In this document: piece by piece, positions 1-11,167 of the stretch
Numbering within the stretch: the stretch's first letter is position 1
Layout: each line of letters starts with the position of its first letter
NCBI RefSeq assembly: GCF_001997385.1
Contig: NZ_CP019633.1
Coordinates: 2,700,001 to 2,732,000 of the forward strand
Direction of reading: 5' to 3'
DNA: 32,000 bases
Source: Sedimentisphaera cyanobacteriorum
GTDB taxonomy: Bacteria; Planctomycetota; Phycisphaerae; Sedimentisphaerales; Sedimentisphaeraceae
The notes under the pieces: generated by a model
The model's database searches: none
What the model was told of the DNA's origin: nothing
Seen by the model: the letters and a program-made list of their open reading frames with translations, nothing else
Made by a program: the position numbers and the translations under genes

Positions 1-1
1 T

Positions 2-2731
2 TCCGAAGAACATCAGACAATAAGGCCTGAAGACTATATCAATGTAGTGAGCTATATCCTTAAGCTAAGGGCAAATCAGGGCGAAATCGACGATATCGAC
101 CACCTTGGTAACCGCCGTGTCAGAACGGTGGGCGAGCTTGGCTCAGATGAAATCAGAAAGGGGCTCTTGAAGCTCCGCAGAACTGTTACAGACAGGATGA
201 GCAGCAAGCAGGCCGAAGATATCAAGAAGATATCTGATATTGTAAACAGCAAGAGCGTTTCAAATCATATAGATGCCTTCTTCGGAAGAGGCGAGCTCAG
301 TCAGGTAGTTGATCAGACAAACTGCCTAAGCCAGCTTACGCACGAAAGAAGGCTCTCAGCTCTCGGCCCGGGCGGTCTTAACAGAAAGCGTGCCGGCTTT
401 GAAGTTAGAGACGTTCACATCTCCCACTACGGCAGGATTTGTCCTATTGAAACTCCTGAAGGAGCGAACATTGGTCTTATTTCCTCGCTAGGTGTATATT
501 CAAGCCTCGATGAGTACGGCTTCCTCATGACGCCTTATATGAAGGTGAAAAACCGCAAGCTCACCGGAGACGTGGTAACTATGCGTGCGGATAATGAAGA
601 TGAAGTAGTATGTGCCCCTCCAGCCGCCTTAGATCTTAAAGACCAGAAGAAGTTAAGGTCTGGTCCTGTGCTTGCACGTGAGAAGGGCGAGCTTACTCAG
701 ATAGACAGTAAAGAAGTGGAATATCTCGATGTCTCCTCACAGCAGACTGTGGGTATCTCAGCCTCGCTTATCCCCTTCCTCGACCACGACGATGCAAACA
801 GGGCTCTTATGGGCTCGAATATGATGAGGCAGGCAGTTCCGCTTCTTAAAACAGAAGCCCCGTTTGTGGGAACGGGTATGGAATATGAAGTTCCCAAAAA
901 CACCCCTATGGTGGTAAAGGCTCGACGCAGCGGTGCTGTTACAGCAGTTGACGCTACGAAAATCGTTATCGACGACAGGGACGAATATCACCTGCGCAAA
1001 TACCGCGGTCTGAACGAGAGGACATGCCTGAACCAGAAACCTACAGTAACCCTTGGGGAGAAGGTTGAACAGGGGCAGATTATCGCAGACGGCGGCGGAA
1101 CCTGCAATGGCACGCTTGCTATCGGGAAAAACCTTCTCGTTGCCTTTATGCCTTTCGACGGATACAACTTCGAGGATGCTATTCTTATCAGCCAGAAGGT
1201 AGTAAAGGAAGACACTTTCACAAGTGTTCACATAGATGAGTTCGATGTAGAGGTTCGCGAAACAAAGCTGGGAAGAGAAGAGTTTACAAGAGATATCCCG
1301 AATGTGGGCGAGAAGATGCTCCGGAATCTTGATTCACGCGGCGTAATCCGCGAGGGAACTCGAGTTGGGCCGGGGGATCTGCTCGTGGGCAAGGTGTCTC
1401 CCAAGAGCAAAACTGAGCTCACTCCAGAAGAGAAGCTCTTACATGCGATCTTTGGACGCGCAGGCGAAGATGTGAAAAATGATTCGCTTGTTATGCCCAG
1501 CGGGCATGAAGGTGTTATTATCGGAACTAAGCATTTCCGCAGATACACAGCAACAAATGAAGCGGAAAAGAAAGAGCTTAACGCCAAGATTGAAAAGCTC
1601 AGGAAAGAAGCTTTAGGCAAGCAGATTCGTCTTTTCAGAAATATGATGGAAACTGTTTACAGTGAGCTGGGCGAGGTTGATGTTATAGACCCCGACACTC
1701 TCCAGAAGGCTGGTGTGAGCAAGGATGATGACGTTATCGCCGAGCAGATCGAAAGCTTCTCTCCAAGCTGGCTGAAGCAGAAGAATAAAAAGAAGAAATT
1801 CCAGGAAATCGTGGATATGTACTGGCCGCAGATTGTTGAAATCGGCCAGGAGCTCGAGAGAGTTACAGAGCATATGAAGCGGGGCGATGAGCTCCCCAAT
1901 GGTGTGCTCGAGAAGGTAAAGATTTACGTAGCTATGAAACGGCCGCTTTCTGTCGGTGATAAGATGGCCGGACGGCACGGTAATAAGGGAATTATCGCAA
2001 GGATTATGCCGGAAGAAGATATGCCGTTCCTTGATGACGGTACACCGGTCGATATCCTGCTCAACCCTCTCGGCGTGCCTTCACGTATGAATGTCGGCCA
2101 GATTCTCGAAACACATCTTGGCTGGGCAGCGAAAGTTCTCGGATTTGACGGTATAACCCCTGTGTTTGACGGTGCTAGCGAAAAGGAAATTTTCGAGCTT
2201 ACAATGCATGCAAATGAGCACGTCAAAAATGTTAGAGAAGAATGCGAGAAAACCAAAACCCCGCCTCCGCAAGACCAGCTGCTTTCTGTTGTGCCTGATA
2301 CGCTGAAGAATCAGCTCTATGACGGTCGTACCGGTGAGCCGTTTGAGCAGAGGGGCACGGTAGGATATATGTATATGCTCAAACTGCATCATCTTGTGGA
2401 CGATAAACTCCACGCAAGGAGCACCGGCCCATACAGCCTCATCACCCAGCAGCCGCTTGGCGGTAAAGCCCGTGCAGGCGGACAGCGTTTCGGCGAGATG
2501 GAAGTATGGGCGCTTGAAGGCTATGGAGCGGCTTACCTCCTTCAGGAGATTCTAACTGTTAAGAGTGATGATATCGAAGGACGCAGCAAGATTTATGAAT
2601 CTATGGTGAAGGGCAATAATTCTCTTCAGGCCGGTACGCCTGTTTCGTTTGAAGTTCTCTGTAATGAGATTAAGGGTCTCGGACTTAATATGAGACTCGA
2701 AAGAACCAAAAAAGACAATTCGCCGTTTTAA
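2..2731 (+). CDS. rpoB: DNA-directed RNA polymerase subunit beta (5' truncated by window edge)
   Basis: The frame of the listed ORF stays open upstream of the GTG at 47 (reads [15 protein letters not shown] with no stop), so the gene runs off the window. Hallmark motifs are [51 protein letters not shown] and [13 protein letters not shown]. Confidence 0.98.
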   Translation, partial: SEEHQTIRPEDYINVVSYILKLRANQGEIDDIDHLGNRRVRTVGELGSDEIRKGLLKLRRTVTDRMSSKQAEDIKKISDIVNSKSVSNHIDAFFGRGELSQVVDQTNCLSQLTHERRLSALGPGGLNRKRAGFEVRDVHISHYGRICPIETPEGANIGLISSLGVYSSLDEYGFLMTPYMKVKNRKLTGDVVTMRADNEDEVVCAPPAALDLKDQKKLRSGPVLAREKGELTQIDSKEVEYLDVSSQQTVGISASLIPFLDHDDANRALMGSNMMRQAVPLLKTEAPFVGTGMEYEVPKNTPMVVKARRSGAVTAVDATKIVIDDRDEYHLRKYRGLNERTCLNQKPTVTLGEKVEQGQIIADGGGTCNGTLAIGKNLLVAFMPFDGYNFEDAILISQKVVKEDTFTSVHIDEFDVEVRETKLGREEFTRDIPNVGEKMLRNLDSRGVIREGTRVGPGDLLVGKVSPKSKTELTPEEKLLHAIFGRAGEDVKNDSLVMPSGHEGVIIGTKHFRRYTATNEAEKKELNAKIEKLRKEALGKQIRLFRNMMETVYSELGEVDVIDPDTLQKAGVSKDDDVIAEQIESFSPSWLKQKNKKKKFQEIVDMYWPQIVEIGQELERVTEHMKRGDELPNGVLEKVKIYVAMKRPLSVGDKMAGRHGNKGIIARIMPEEDMPFLDDGTPVDILLNPLGVPSRMNVGQILETHLGWAAKVLGFDGITPVFDGASEKEIFELTMHANEHVKNVREECEKTKTPPPQDQLLSVVPDTLKNQLYDGRTGEPFEQRGTVGYMYMLKLHHLVDDKLHARSTGPYSLITQQPLGGKARAGGQRFGEMEVWALEGYGAAYLLQEILTVKSDDIEGRSKIYESMVKGNNSLQAGTPVSFEVLCNEIKGLGLNMRLERTKKDNSPF

Positions 2732-2774
2732 GCGTGAAATCTTTGAGCCCTCTTAGTAAAGGAGCTACTGGGAA

Positions 2775-5700
2775 ATGATAGAACCTGGTTTTGAAAAAAT
2801 TAATAATTTCGACTCAGTTAAGATTACCCTTGCCAGCCCAGATGATATCAGGAGCTGGTCTTTCGGGGAAGTTAAAAAACCTGAGACGATTAACTACAGA
2901 ACATATCGTGCGGAAAAGGAAGGTCTGTTCTGTGAGAGGATATTCGGGCCTGAAAGGGACTACGAATGTGCCTGCGGCAGACATAAAGGCACAAAGTTTA
3001 AGGGAATCATTTGCGAACGCTGCGGTGTTAAAGTGGCTCCGAGCCGTGTGAGAAGAAAACGCATGGGGCATATAACACTCGCCGCACCCGTGGTGCATAT
3101 ATGGTTCTTTAAGGCTATGCCCAGCAGGCTCAGCACGCTTCTGGGCTTCAAAACAAGCGACCTCGAAAAAATCGTTTACTTCCAGGATTATGTAGTAATC
3201 GACCCGGGAGATACTCCTCTGGTGGAGAATCAGCTTCTAAGCGAAGAGGAATACCGTGATGCTCTGGGCAAATACGGCAGGGAATTCAGAGCCTCTATGG
3301 GTGCTGAAGCAGTAGAAGAGCTTGTTGACAAGCTCGACCTCGAGCTTCTAAGCGTTGAACTGCACGAGCAGATTAACAGCACTGGAAGCAAGCAGAAGAT
3401 TAACGAGCTCAGCAAAAGGCTCAAAACTGTAAATGCACTGCGTGAGAGCGGCAACGACCCGCGCAATATGATTATGAAGGTTCTCCCTGTTATACCGCCG
3501 GACTTGAGACCGCTGGTTATGCTCGAAAGCGGAAACTTCGCAACAAGCGACCTCAACGACCTCTACAGGCGAATCATCAACAGAAACAACAGACTCGCCA
3601 AACTTATGGACTTAAACGCTCCTGAAGTTATTATACGCAATGAGAAGCGTATGCTTCAGCAGGCTGTAGATGCCCTGCTGGACAACAACAGGTGCAGAAG
3701 GCCGGTAGTAGGCAGCAACAGCAGAGCACTTAAATCGCTTACTGATATGATTAAGGGCAAGCAGGGGCGTTTCCGTGAGAACCTCCTCGGTAAGCGTGTG
3801 GATTATTCTGCCCGCTCTGTGATTGTTGTTGGCCCGTGGCTGAAACTCAATCAGTGCGGACTGCCCAAGAAGATTGCCCTTGAGCTTTATCAGCCGTTTA
3901 TAATACGCAGACTCCGCGAGAAGGGATATGCTGATACAGTTAAAAGCGCAAAAAGAATGCTTGAACGCAGGGAAGACTGCGTATGGGATATTCTCGAAGA
4001 GGTGATTTACCAGCATCCGATTCTTCTCAACCGCGCTCCGACCCTGCACCGAATGGGTATTCAGGCGTTTGAGCCTGTATTGGTAGAGGGTAATGCGATA
4101 CACCTCCATCCGCTTGCCTGTAAAGGCTTCAATGCGGACTTCGACGGCGACCAAATGGCTGTGCACCTTCCGCTCAGCAGTGAAGCGCAGGTTGAAGCGC
4201 ATACGCTTATACTTGCTACGAACAATATTTTCTCGCCGGCAAACGGCTCTCCAAACCTTACCCCATCGCAGGATATCGTGCTGGGAATCTACTACCTTAC
4301 AACTGTAGTACCAGGCGAGAAGGGCGAGGGAATGATTTTCCGCGATACTTATGAGGCGATTAGTGCTTACGACAGGGGCGTAGTTTCTGCTCATGCCAAG
4401 GTTAAAGTTCGCCTGCCTGAGGGTAAGGAATTTATGGATGAAAAAGGAGTCCGTGAGGGCGGCGTCGTAGATACCACCGCAGGAAGGTGTCTTTTCAACG
4501 ATATGTTCTCTATTGAGATACCCTTCTTCAATCTCCTTATGAGCAGCAAGCAGCTTGGGAAGGTGATTAGCGAGTGCTATCAGAGAATAGGCAGCGGTGC
4601 TACCGTTGATATTCTCGATAAGGTAAAGGATCTGGGCTTCAAGTATGCAGCTCTTGCGGGGCTCAGCTTTGGTATTACAGATTTGAAAGTCCCTGAAACA
4701 AAGACGGAGATCCTCGATAAATCGCAGAAAGAAGTAGATAAAATTTCCAAAAACTACTCCGACGGCCTGCTTACCGAAACAGAACGCAAGAACCAGATTA
4801 TCGACGTTTGGACTCACGCAAGGATTGAAGTTACAAACGCTATGCTCGACAGCCTCCAGAGCGATACAAGAGACGGCAAGCCTTATCTCAATCCGATTTG
4901 GGTAATGAGGCACTCCGGAGCTCGAGGCAGTGTAGATCAGATTATGCAGCTTGCAGGTATGCGTGCTTTGATGGCCAAGCCCAGCGGCGAGATTATCGAA
5001 ACGCCGATTAAATCAAATTTCCGTGAAGGGCTTAACGTGCTTGAGTATTTCAGCTCCACCCACGGTGCTCGTAAAGGGCTGGCCGATACGGCTCTCAAGA
5101 CAGCCGATTCAGGCTATCTAACTCGAAAGCTTGCTGATGTTGCGCAGAATGTTATCGTAACCGAAGACGACTGCGGAACGCTCCAAGGGGTTACCAAAAC
5201 TACAGTTTACAAAGATGAGGCCGTTGATATCCCGCTAAGCGCTATGATTGTAGGAAGAACGGCAAGGGATAATATCAAAGACCCGATTCGCGACGAGATG
5301 ATCGTTGCTGAGAACGAGATTATAACTCCAAAAGCAGCAGCGAAGATTGAAGAGCTCGGTCTTGATTCAATAAGGGTTCGAAGCGCACTTACTTGCGATG
5401 CCAGAGAAGGCGTATGTGCAAAATGCTACGGCTGGGATATGAGCAAGAGCCGCGAGGTGGAGAAAGGTATGGCAGTGGGAATTGTTGCCGCTCAGTCTAT
5501 CGGCGAGCCCGGGACTCAGCTCACGATGCGTACCTTCCATACAGGCGGCATTGCATCTCGTGCAGTAGTTGAAGACGCCCAAAAGGCTGCCAGAGGCGGT
5601 ACTATAAAGTATCGTGATATCAAGTATGTTACGGTAAGCTCCGAGAAGGGCGAGGAATACGTCTGTCTGAAGAGGAAGTCTGAGCTGGCTATTGTAGATG

Positions 5701-7034
5701 AAAGAGAGCGTGAGCTTGAGAAGTATCCTGTCGAATACGGCTACTTCATTCAGGTTAAAGACGGGCAGAAAGTGAAAAAAGGGCAGAAGCTCTTCCGCTG
5801 GGACCCACACCGTATCCCGATTCTTGCCGAGGTTGACGGCCGCATTCGTCTGCACGATATAATCGAAGGCGAAACTATTCGAATCGAAGAAGAACGAAAG
5901 GGACAGAAGCCCTATCCGGTGGTTATCGAACACAAAGGCGACAGGCACCCGCAGGTTGTTATCGAAGATGAAACAGGAAAAATTCTTGACGTGCATTATC
6001 TGCCTGCAAAGGCTCGTATCGGCGTTGAAGACGGGCAGGAAGTGAAGGCAGGTGCTCTGCTTGCAAGGCTACCGAGAGCCTCAGACGGTACGCAGGATAT
6101 TACAGGCGGTCTGCCTCGTGTTACGGAAATCTTCGAGGCGAGAAAGCCCAAAGAACCAGCAGCAATGGCTGAGATTTCTGGTGTTGTCGAGCTTCAGCGT
6201 GAACGCAGAAGAGGCAAGATAACAATCACTGTACGCAATGAGCAGTCCGGTCTTGAAAGAGAGCACCATGTCCCCAGAGACAGGCACCTGAATGTTCACG
6301 CAGGAGATACTGTTCAGGCCGGCGACCCGCTCACTCAGGGCCCGCTTGTACCTCACGACATCTTGAGAATCAAAGGCGAAGAGGCTCTTCAGGGCTATCT
6401 GCTCAACGAGATTCAGAACGTTTATCGTGCACAGAATGTTAAGATCAACGATAAGCACGTTGAAATAATCATCTCTCAGATGCTTCGCAAAGTTGAGATT
6501 GATACCGTTGGAGACAGCGGCTTCCTCCCGGGAGAGGTTGTCGATAAGAGCGAATTTAAGCGTGTTAATGCTGCTCTTGCAAGCGAGCTTATTATCACAG
6601 ACCCGGGCGATACCGATCTAAAGGAAGGCCAGAAAGTGAGCAAAGAAGAGCTTTCAAAGGCCAACGAGAAGGTGGAGCTGCTCGTAGGCGAGCCGGCAAA
6701 GGGCAAACGTCCCCAGCCTGCTACAGCGAACACCCTGCTTCTCGGTATAACCAAGTCTTCTCTGAGGTCTGAGAGCTTTATCTCTGCTGCGAGTTTCCAG
6801 GAAACAACAAAAGTGTTGACTGAGGCATCATTAAGCGGTAGAATTGATAAACTGCGCGGTCTTAAAGAGAATGTAATTCTTGGAAGGCTCATACCGGCCG
6901 GTACTGGATTCAAGGACTACGAGAAACTGAATGTGGTTTACAATGCCGAAGAGCCTATTCCTGAAGAGATTAAGGAAAGCAAGGATGCAGAGGCCGCTGC
7001 TGATGCAGCTATAAGGGAAGCTCTTGGGCTTTAA
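2775..7034 (+). CDS. rpoC: DNA-directed RNA polymerase subunit beta'
   Basis: 1419-aa ORF located 43 nt after rpoB, with AAGGAG upstream. It has the N-terminal Zn-binding cysteines (CACGRHKG...CERCG), the catalytic NADFDGDQM motif and a trigger loop (TFHTGG...[13 protein letters not shown]) carrying a large insertion. Confidence 0.98.
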   Translation: MIEPGFEKINNFDSVKITLASPDDIRSWSFGEVKKPETINYRTYRAEKEGLFCERIFGPERDYECACGRHKGTKFKGIICERCGVKVAPSRVRRKRMGHITLAAPVVHIWFFKAMPSRLSTLLGFKTSDLEKIVYFQDYVVIDPGDTPLVENQLLSEEEYRDALGKYGREFRASMGAEAVEELVDKLDLELLSVELHEQINSTGSKQKINELSKRLKTVNALRESGNDPRNMIMKVLPVIPPDLRPLVMLESGNFATSDLNDLYRRIINRNNRLAKLMDLNAPEVIIRNEKRMLQQAVDALLDNNRCRRPVVGSNSRALKSLTDMIKGKQGRFRENLLGKRVDYSARSVIVVGPWLKLNQCGLPKKIALELYQPFIIRRLREKGYADTVKSAKRMLERREDCVWDILEEVIYQHPILLNRAPTLHRMGIQAFEPVLVEGNAIHLHPLACKGFNADFDGDQMAVHLPLSSEAQVEAHTLILATNNIFSPANGSPNLTPSQDIVLGIYYLTTVVPGEKGEGMIFRDTYEAISAYDRGVVSAHAKVKVRLPEGKEFMDEKGVREGGVVDTTAGRCLFNDMFSIEIPFFNLLMSSKQLGKVISECYQRIGSGATVDILDKVKDLGFKYAALAGLSFGITDLKVPETKTEILDKSQKEVDKISKNYSDGLLTETERKNQIIDVWTHARIEVTNAMLDSLQSDTRDGKPYLNPIWVMRHSGARGSVDQIMQLAGMRALMAKPSGEIIETPIKSNFREGLNVLEYFSSTHGARKGLADTALKTADSGYLTRKLADVAQNVIVTEDDCGTLQGVTKTTVYKDEAVDIPLSAMIVGRTARDNIKDPIRDEMIVAENEIITPKAAAKIEELGLDSIRVRSALTCDAREGVCAKCYGWDMSKSREVEKGMAVGIVAAQSIGEPGTQLTMRTFHTGGIASRAVVEDAQKAARGGTIKYRDIKYVTVSSEKGEEYVCLKRKSELAIVDERERELEKYPVEYGYFIQVKDGQKVKKGQKLFRWDPHRIPILAEVDGRIRLHDIIEGETIRIEEERKGQKPYPVVIEHKGDRHPQVVIEDETGKILDVHYLPAKARIGVEDGQEVKAGALLARLPRASDGTQDITGGLPRVTEIFEARKPKEPAAMAEISGVVELQRERRRGKITITVRNEQSGLEREHHVPRDRHLNVHAGDTVQAGDPLTQGPLVPHDILRIKGEEALQGYLLNEIQNVYRAQNVKINDKHVEIIISQMLRKVEIDTVGDSGFLPGEVVDKSEFKRVNAALASELIITDPGDTDLKEGQKVSKEELSKANEKVELLVGEPAKGKRPQPATANTLLLGITKSSLRSESFISAASFQETTKVLTEASLSGRIDKLRGLKENVILGRLIPAGTGFKDYEKLNVVYNAEEPIPEEIKESKDAEAAADAAIREALGL

Positions 7035-7100
7035 GTGAGCTGCTTATCTGCGATTTTGATGAAAACGAAATATTAACAGTTTTATAAAAGGTTTTTAATA

Positions 7101-7466
7101 ATGCCCACAATTAACCAGCTGATTAGAAAGGGAAGGAAGAAGCCTTCCCGCAAAAGGATTTCGGATATCCGTGGATGTCCGCAGAAAAGAGGTGTGTGTC
7201 TTATAGTTAGAACACAGACACCTAAGAAGCCGAACTCTGCGCTTCGCAAGATCACAAGGGTTCGTCTTACAAACGGCAAAGAGGTAACAGCGTATATCCC
7301 CGGCATAGATCACAACCTCCAGGAACACAGTACTGTTCTTGTAAGGGGCGGTCGTGTACGAGACCTTCCGGGTGTTCGTTACCACGTTGTCAGAGGCGCT
7401 CTTGATACCGCTGGCGTTGATGGACGCAAGCAGGGAAGAAGCAAGTACGGCGCTAAGAATAAGTAA
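7101..7466 (+). CDS. rpsL: 30S ribosomal protein S12
   Basis: 121-aa ORF beginning [12 protein letters not shown], with [11 protein letters not shown] and the conserved PGVRYH region. It sits directly after rpoC. Confidence 0.98.
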   Translation: MPTINQLIRKGRKKPSRKRISDIRGCPQKRGVCLIVRTQTPKKPNSALRKITRVRLTNGKEVTAYIPGIDHNLQEHSTVLVRGGRVRDLPGVRYHVVRGALDTAGVDGRKQGRSKYGAKNK

Positions 7467-7498
7467 TTTTTGTTTTAATTTAAGGGATAAAGCACAGT

Positions 7499-7972
7499 AT
7501 GGCAAAGAAATTTACAGCATCTGCAACTCAGCTGAAGGCTGATCCGGTCTATGGAAGTAAGCTGATTGCGAAATTTATCAATTGCCTTATGCTTGATGGG
7601 AAAAAGAGCGTAGCACGCAAAGTTTTCTATGATGCGATGGGTATTGTTGAAAAGCGTATTAAAGATTGCCCTCCTAATGAGGTCTTCGAGAAGGCTATTG
7701 AAAATGTGAAGCCTTCGCTTGAGGTTCGCAGTAAGCGTGTGGGCGGTGCGAGCTATCAGGTGCCTATGCAGGTTAAACCCAACAGGCAGAGGGCTCTTGC
7801 TTTCCGCTGGATTCTCGACGGCGTGAGAGGCAAGAAGGGCAGGCCTTTGGCGCAAAGACTCGCAGCAGAGCTTTGCGATGCATACAACGGCGAAGGTTCA
7901 GCTATGATAATGCGCACAAACGTGCACAGAATGGCTGAGGCGAATAAGGCTTTCGCTCATTTCGCCTGGTAG
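7499..7972 (+). CDS. rpsG: 30S ribosomal protein S7
   Basis: 157-aa ORF located 32 nt after rpsL, with an AAGGGA RBS. It has the typical S7 C-terminus [14 protein letters not shown] and GGASYQVP. Confidence 0.98.
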   Translation: MAKKFTASATQLKADPVYGSKLIAKFINCLMLDGKKSVARKVFYDAMGIVEKRIKDCPPNEVFEKAIENVKPSLEVRSKRVGGASYQVPMQVKPNRQRALAFRWILDGVRGKKGRPLAQRLAAELCDAYNGEGSAMIMRTNVHRMAEANKAFAHFAW

Positions 7973-7991
7973 ATTCTGAGATGAACATTCA

Positions 7992-8026
7992 AGCCTCGTC
8001 TGTATTCTGCAGAGCGGGGCTTTTTA
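7992..8026 (+). terminator. Rho-independent terminator candidate after rpsG
   Basis: GC-rich hairpin agcctcgtctg / cagagcggggct with about 10 bp of stem, two G-U pairs, one bulge and loop tattctg. It is followed by TTTTT at 8021-8025 and starts 20 nt after the rpsG stop. Confidence 0.55.
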
Positions 8027-8097
8027 TTTCATGCCGGTTTATATGGGGTGGATTTCTCACCCAAGCCGAAAAAACCTCGAAAATCTAAATTATAATC

Positions 8098-8125
8098 TTG
8101 AATTGAAAACGGGTGTGTGTAAAAT
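8098..8125 (+). promoter_or_regulatory. sigma70-like promoter candidate for tRNA-Pro
   Basis: TTGAAT (8098-8103), a 16-nt spacer, then TAAAAT (8120-8125). It ends about 19 nt before the mature tRNA 5' end. Confidence 0.35.
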
Positions 8126-8143
8126 ACCCCGTCTATTCAAAAT

Positions 8144-8218
8144 CGGAGTGTAGCTCAGCTTGGCTAGAGCACTTGCTTTGGGAGCAAGGGGTCGTGAGTT
8201 CAAATCTCGCCACTCCGA
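8144..8218 (+). tRNA. tRNA-Pro (anticodon UGG)
   Basis: Hand-folded 75-nt cloverleaf:
- acceptor cggagtg/cactccg, 7 bp perfect, with C1-G72 and A73 as is typical of bacterial tRNA-Pro
- D stem gctc/gagc
- anticodon stem cttgc/gcaag with loop tttggga (anticodon TGG at 8179-8181, G37)
- variable loop gggtc
- T stem gtgag/ctcgc with loop ttcaaat
No CCA is encoded. Confidence 0.93.
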
Positions 8219-8226
8219 ATTATAAA

Positions 8227-8261
8227 GTCCTGAACCGAACTGACGGATTCAGGGCTTTTTT
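8227..8261. terminator. Bidirectional terminator candidate shared by tRNA-Pro (+) and the histidine kinase gene (-)
   Basis: Hairpin gtcctgaacc...ggattcagggc followed by TTTTTT (8256-8261) on the + strand. On the - strand the same hairpin is followed by a T-rich tttataatt. It lies between the two convergent ends. Confidence 0.6.
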
Positions 8262-8287
8262 CGTTTGAGCTTTTCCATTTCAGCAAA

Positions 8288-9952
8288 TTATTGATTAGGG
8301 TTTTGCTTTTCCCCATCTTCCTCGTCTGCCTCTTCCAGAATAACGGGGATTTCCAGATAGAATGTTGCGCCTCTCTCCGGCTCGCTTTCCACGCCTATAT
8401 TGGCAGCAAGCAGGTTGGCGAGCTCTTTTGATATTGCAAGTCCCAGCCCGCTTCCGGGAACCATTCTCGTTATAGACCCGTCGAGCTGGCGGAATTTGCC
8501 GAATATCGATTCCTGCTGGTTTTTCGGAATGCCGCACCCGGTATCGGTTACAGATATGCGAACGGTTTTCTCGTCTGCCATCATAACATCCATCTTGATT
8601 TCGCCCTCTTCGGGGGTGAATTTTATAGCGTTGCTGATGAAGTTGTAGAGTATCTGCTGCACCTTTGATGCGTCGGTTTTGATAATAGGTATCTCATCAT
8701 CCACCTCCAGCTCAAGGCTGATATTTTTCTTTTGTACCATCCCGTAGAAGAAGCTTACTACGCCTCTGCAAAGCTCGGGGATACTTGTTTTATCAATTCT
8801 AAGCTCAAGCCTGCCTGCTTCTGCTTTGGCAAGGTCGAGAAGGTCGTTTATCATACTGAGAAGGTTCCTCCCGCTCTCGGAAATGTTCCCTGCATACCGC
8901 GATATTTTCTCCTGTGAGCGGGGGGTATTGTCTCTGAGCAGGTCTGAGAAGCCTATAATTGCATTGAGAGGAGTGCGGAATTCGTGGCTCATATTGGCGA
9001 GGAATTCATTCTTCAGCTTGTTGGCCTTAAATAGCTCAACGTTCCTCTCTGAGAGCTCCACAATCTTCTCATCGAGCTGCTTATTGGCCTTTTTGAGCTT
9101 TTGCTGGGTATCTCTCAGCCCGTCGAGCATCTGGTTGAAGCCTTCTGCAAACCGCTGATATTCGTCGTTGGTTTTGATTGAGGAACGGGCGTTGATATTG
9201 CCCTCGGAGACATTGCTCACAAGAGCTCTAAGCTGGCGTATCGGGCTGAGGATAACGCGCTGAATAATGACATAAACAGTAATAATCGCTCCGCAGCCTG
9301 CAAGAAAGCCGGCGAATATAATACAGATCTTGTTCATAAGCATAGTTTTGCCGCGGTTTTCATCGAGAAGTTTTACAATAACTGCTCCGACAATCTGCTT
9401 TGGGCCTGCTGCATTAAGCTCCTGAATCGCATCATTGGAATAAACCTCTTCATTGGTAACGAGCCTTAGGAGATTATTGTACGCTTTTTCCTGCGATTTA
9501 GTCCTCCAGAAACGCATATTTGTTTCGCTGGATTCCCTGAGCTTTTCGATAATCTGCTTTTCTTTTTTGGTAAGGTCTGCCTTTTTTTCTGCTTCAGCAG
9601 TTCGAAGATCAACCCATCTTATAAAGCTTTCGTTTTCTTTTGTATCTCTTAGGCCTTCCTGCTGGATATACTTTTCTGAAAAGTCTGAATTGCCTTTGAG
9701 CTCGTTTTTTATGACCAGCTTGGAAACTGTAACCACGGTATCGTAGCCGGCCTTGTCTGCGAGCTTATTCATCCATAGATAGGGAAAAAGAAGGGCAAGG
9801 GTAAGGATTACGATTATCGCAAGCCCGAACTGCAGCCTGCACTTGCTCGCAACGTTGTGCGGGCGAAGATCAATGCTCTTGAGCAGAAGACGAAACTGTA
9901 TTTTTAGCTTTTTGCGCTGTCTGCTCTTTTCTCTTTGAGTTTTTTTTGCCAT
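8288..9952 (-). CDS. Membrane sensor histidine kinase (TM / extracytoplasmic domain / TM / HAMP / HisKA / HATPase_c), no receiver domain
   Basis: There are two hydrophobic segments (GLAIIVILTLALLFPYLW and ICIIFAGFLAGCGAIITVYVII), then a HAMP-like linker, a coiled coil and the H-box SHEFRTPLNAI. N, G1 and G2 boxes are present (NAIKFT, DTGCGI, GSGLGLAIS). Confidence 0.9.
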   Translation of the reverse strand: MAKKTQREKSRQRKKLKIQFRLLLKSIDLRPHNVASKCRLQFGLAIIVILTLALLFPYLWMNKLADKAGYDTVVTVSKLVIKNELKGNSDFSEKYIQQEGLRDTKENESFIRWVDLRTAEAEKKADLTKKEKQIIEKLRESSETNMRFWRTKSQEKAYNNLLRLVTNEEVYSNDAIQELNAAGPKQIVGAVIVKLLDENRGKTMLMNKICIIFAGFLAGCGAIITVYVIIQRVILSPIRQLRALVSNVSEGNINARSSIKTNDEYQRFAEGFNQMLDGLRDTQQKLKKANKQLDEKIVELSERNVELFKANKLKNEFLANMSHEFRTPLNAIIGFSDLLRDNTPRSQEKISRYAGNISESGRNLLSMINDLLDLAKAEAGRLELRIDKTSIPELCRGVVSFFYGMVQKKNISLELEVDDEIPIIKTDASKVQQILYNFISNAIKFTPEEGEIKMDVMMADEKTVRISVTDTGCGIPKNQQESIFGKFRQLDGSITRMVPGSGLGLAISKELANLLAANIGVESEPERGATFYLEIPVILEEADEEDGEKQNPNQ

Positions 9953-11098
9953 TTAAGTTTTCTGATTTTCTTCCTTGAGCCTTTCTTCAAGCCTTTCCAA
10001 ATGCTCAAGCCTTTCTGTTATATTGAGGTGCTGAGTGCAGGCCTCTTCGCACCTTTTGCATTTAATGCAGTCAGCTGCTTCGCCTGTTCTGTCGTTGAGT
10101 ATGCCCCATTCCCTGCTGAATTTCAGAGCCTCTAAAAGCTCTTTGTCGCTTTTGTTTTCAATGAGCTTTCTGTTGTAAAACTGCATATAGGATGATACCG
10201 GTATCCTTTTGGGGCATTCGCTGTCGCAGTAGCCGCAGGCCGTGCAGAGCTCATCGAAGTTATCGCTGAGCAGTTCGGCTATTTCATCTTTCCTCTCTTT
10301 GCTGATTTCACTGCTCTGATCTGCGCACCTGCAGGCCTGATTGATATGTTCTTTGGTTGTAAAGCCGTTGAGAGCAACAGTGATTTCAGGGCTGCCGATG
10401 CAGAATTTGAGGGCAGCATCTGTGGGTGATTCGCTGCCGTTTGAGATAAAGCTGAATCTCTCTTCGTGCTTAGGTATCATGCCGCCTGCAAGCGGATTCA
10501 TCGCAACCACCCCTGCTCCGTTTTTGTATGCTGTTTCAACAGCATCCCAGCGGAACATAAAGTTCAGTATGTTTACGCCCACAAGAATACCGGCAAAATC
10601 TCGCTTCTCCAAAACTTTATTCAGCCTTTTGCCCCTGAGGTGCGAGGAAACGTTGATATGTCTTATTTTTCCCTGCTCACGGCATTTTTCAAGCCCTTCA
10701 ATCAGTCCGTCGGGCTTTGCAGCCTCATCATACTGATTTAGATTCCGTATGCACCATACATAGAAGAAATCTATATAGTCGGTGTTGAGCCGCTTGAGTG
10801 CTTTGTCAACCTGCTCGATGGTGTCTTTGGCGGATGTAACCATCTGAGGCATAATCTTTGAAGACACATAATACTGATCGCGTATTGATTTTGTCCTTTC
10901 GCAGAAATGCCCGAATATATCAAGACTGTTGTCTTCGCAATATGCCGGAGCTGTGTCGAAAAAGTTGATTCCTTTATCCCAAGCATGGTCGAGAAGGTAG
11001 GAATTATTCAAGTTGCTGTGGTTCAAATCGAACCGCATCCCCCCGAAGCCTACTGCTGAAACTTTGTAACCTGTCTTGCCGAATGTTTTGTAAATCAT
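9953..11098 (-). CDS. Aldo/keto reductase fused to a C-terminal 2x[4Fe-4S] ferredoxin-type domain
   Basis: The N-terminus is AKR-like (GKTGYKVSAVGFGGMRF, FFDTAPAY). The C-terminus carries two cluster motifs, CTACGYCDSECP and CIKCKRCEEAC. Its TAA stop (9953-9955) directly abuts the kinase ATG (9950-9952). Confidence 0.85.
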   Translation of the reverse strand: MIYKTFGKTGYKVSAVGFGGMRFDLNHSNLNNSYLLDHAWDKGINFFDTAPAYCEDNSLDIFGHFCERTKSIRDQYYVSSKIMPQMVTSAKDTIEQVDKALKRLNTDYIDFFYVWCIRNLNQYDEAAKPDGLIEGLEKCREQGKIRHINVSSHLRGKRLNKVLEKRDFAGILVGVNILNFMFRWDAVETAYKNGAGVVAMNPLAGGMIPKHEERFSFISNGSESPTDAALKFCIGSPEITVALNGFTTKEHINQACRCADQSSEISKERKDEIAELLSDNFDELCTACGYCDSECPKRIPVSSYMQFYNRKLIENKSDKELLEALKFSREWGILNDRTGEAADCIKCKRCEEACTQHLNITERLEHLERLEERLKEENQKT

Positions 11099-11146
11099 AT
11101 TTCCCCTTATACATTTCTCAAGAATAGAAACTATTATATTTATTCC

Positions 11147-11167
11147 TCACACATTTTAAATGAGTGA
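11147..11167. promoter_or_regulatory. 21-bp near-perfect palindrome in the divergent promoter region (operator candidate)
   Basis: tcacacattt-t-aaatgagtga has 9 of 10 arm positions complementary. It lies between the AKR-kinase operon start (11098) and the E2-like gene start (11271). Confidence 0.3.

Noticed and set aside
1540-1950. Large insertions in RpoB (about nt 1540-1950) and in the RpoC trigger loop (about nt 5560-6100) as novel domains
   Set aside because: Both lie at well-known lineage-specific insertion sites, equivalent to the E. coli beta SI2/i9 coiled coil and the beta' SI3 SBHM repeats. They are expected for Gram-negative-type RNA polymerases.
3612-4913. 433-aa ORF antisense to rpoC
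   Set aside because: It is a shadow ORF. Its codon position 2 coincides with rpoC codon position 2, so its stops would require TTA, CTA or TCA codons in rpoC, and this highly expressed gene avoids them over this stretch. The product is Leu/Arg/Cys/Asn-rich junk with no motifs, and there is no RBS.
8144-8287. tRNA-Pro as the attachment site of an integrated genomic island
   Set aside because: No integrase or recombinase gene follows it, and by eye I found no direct repeat of the tRNA 3' end downstream. The following genes share the GC content and codon style of the core block. A computational repeat search across the full contig would be the decisive check.
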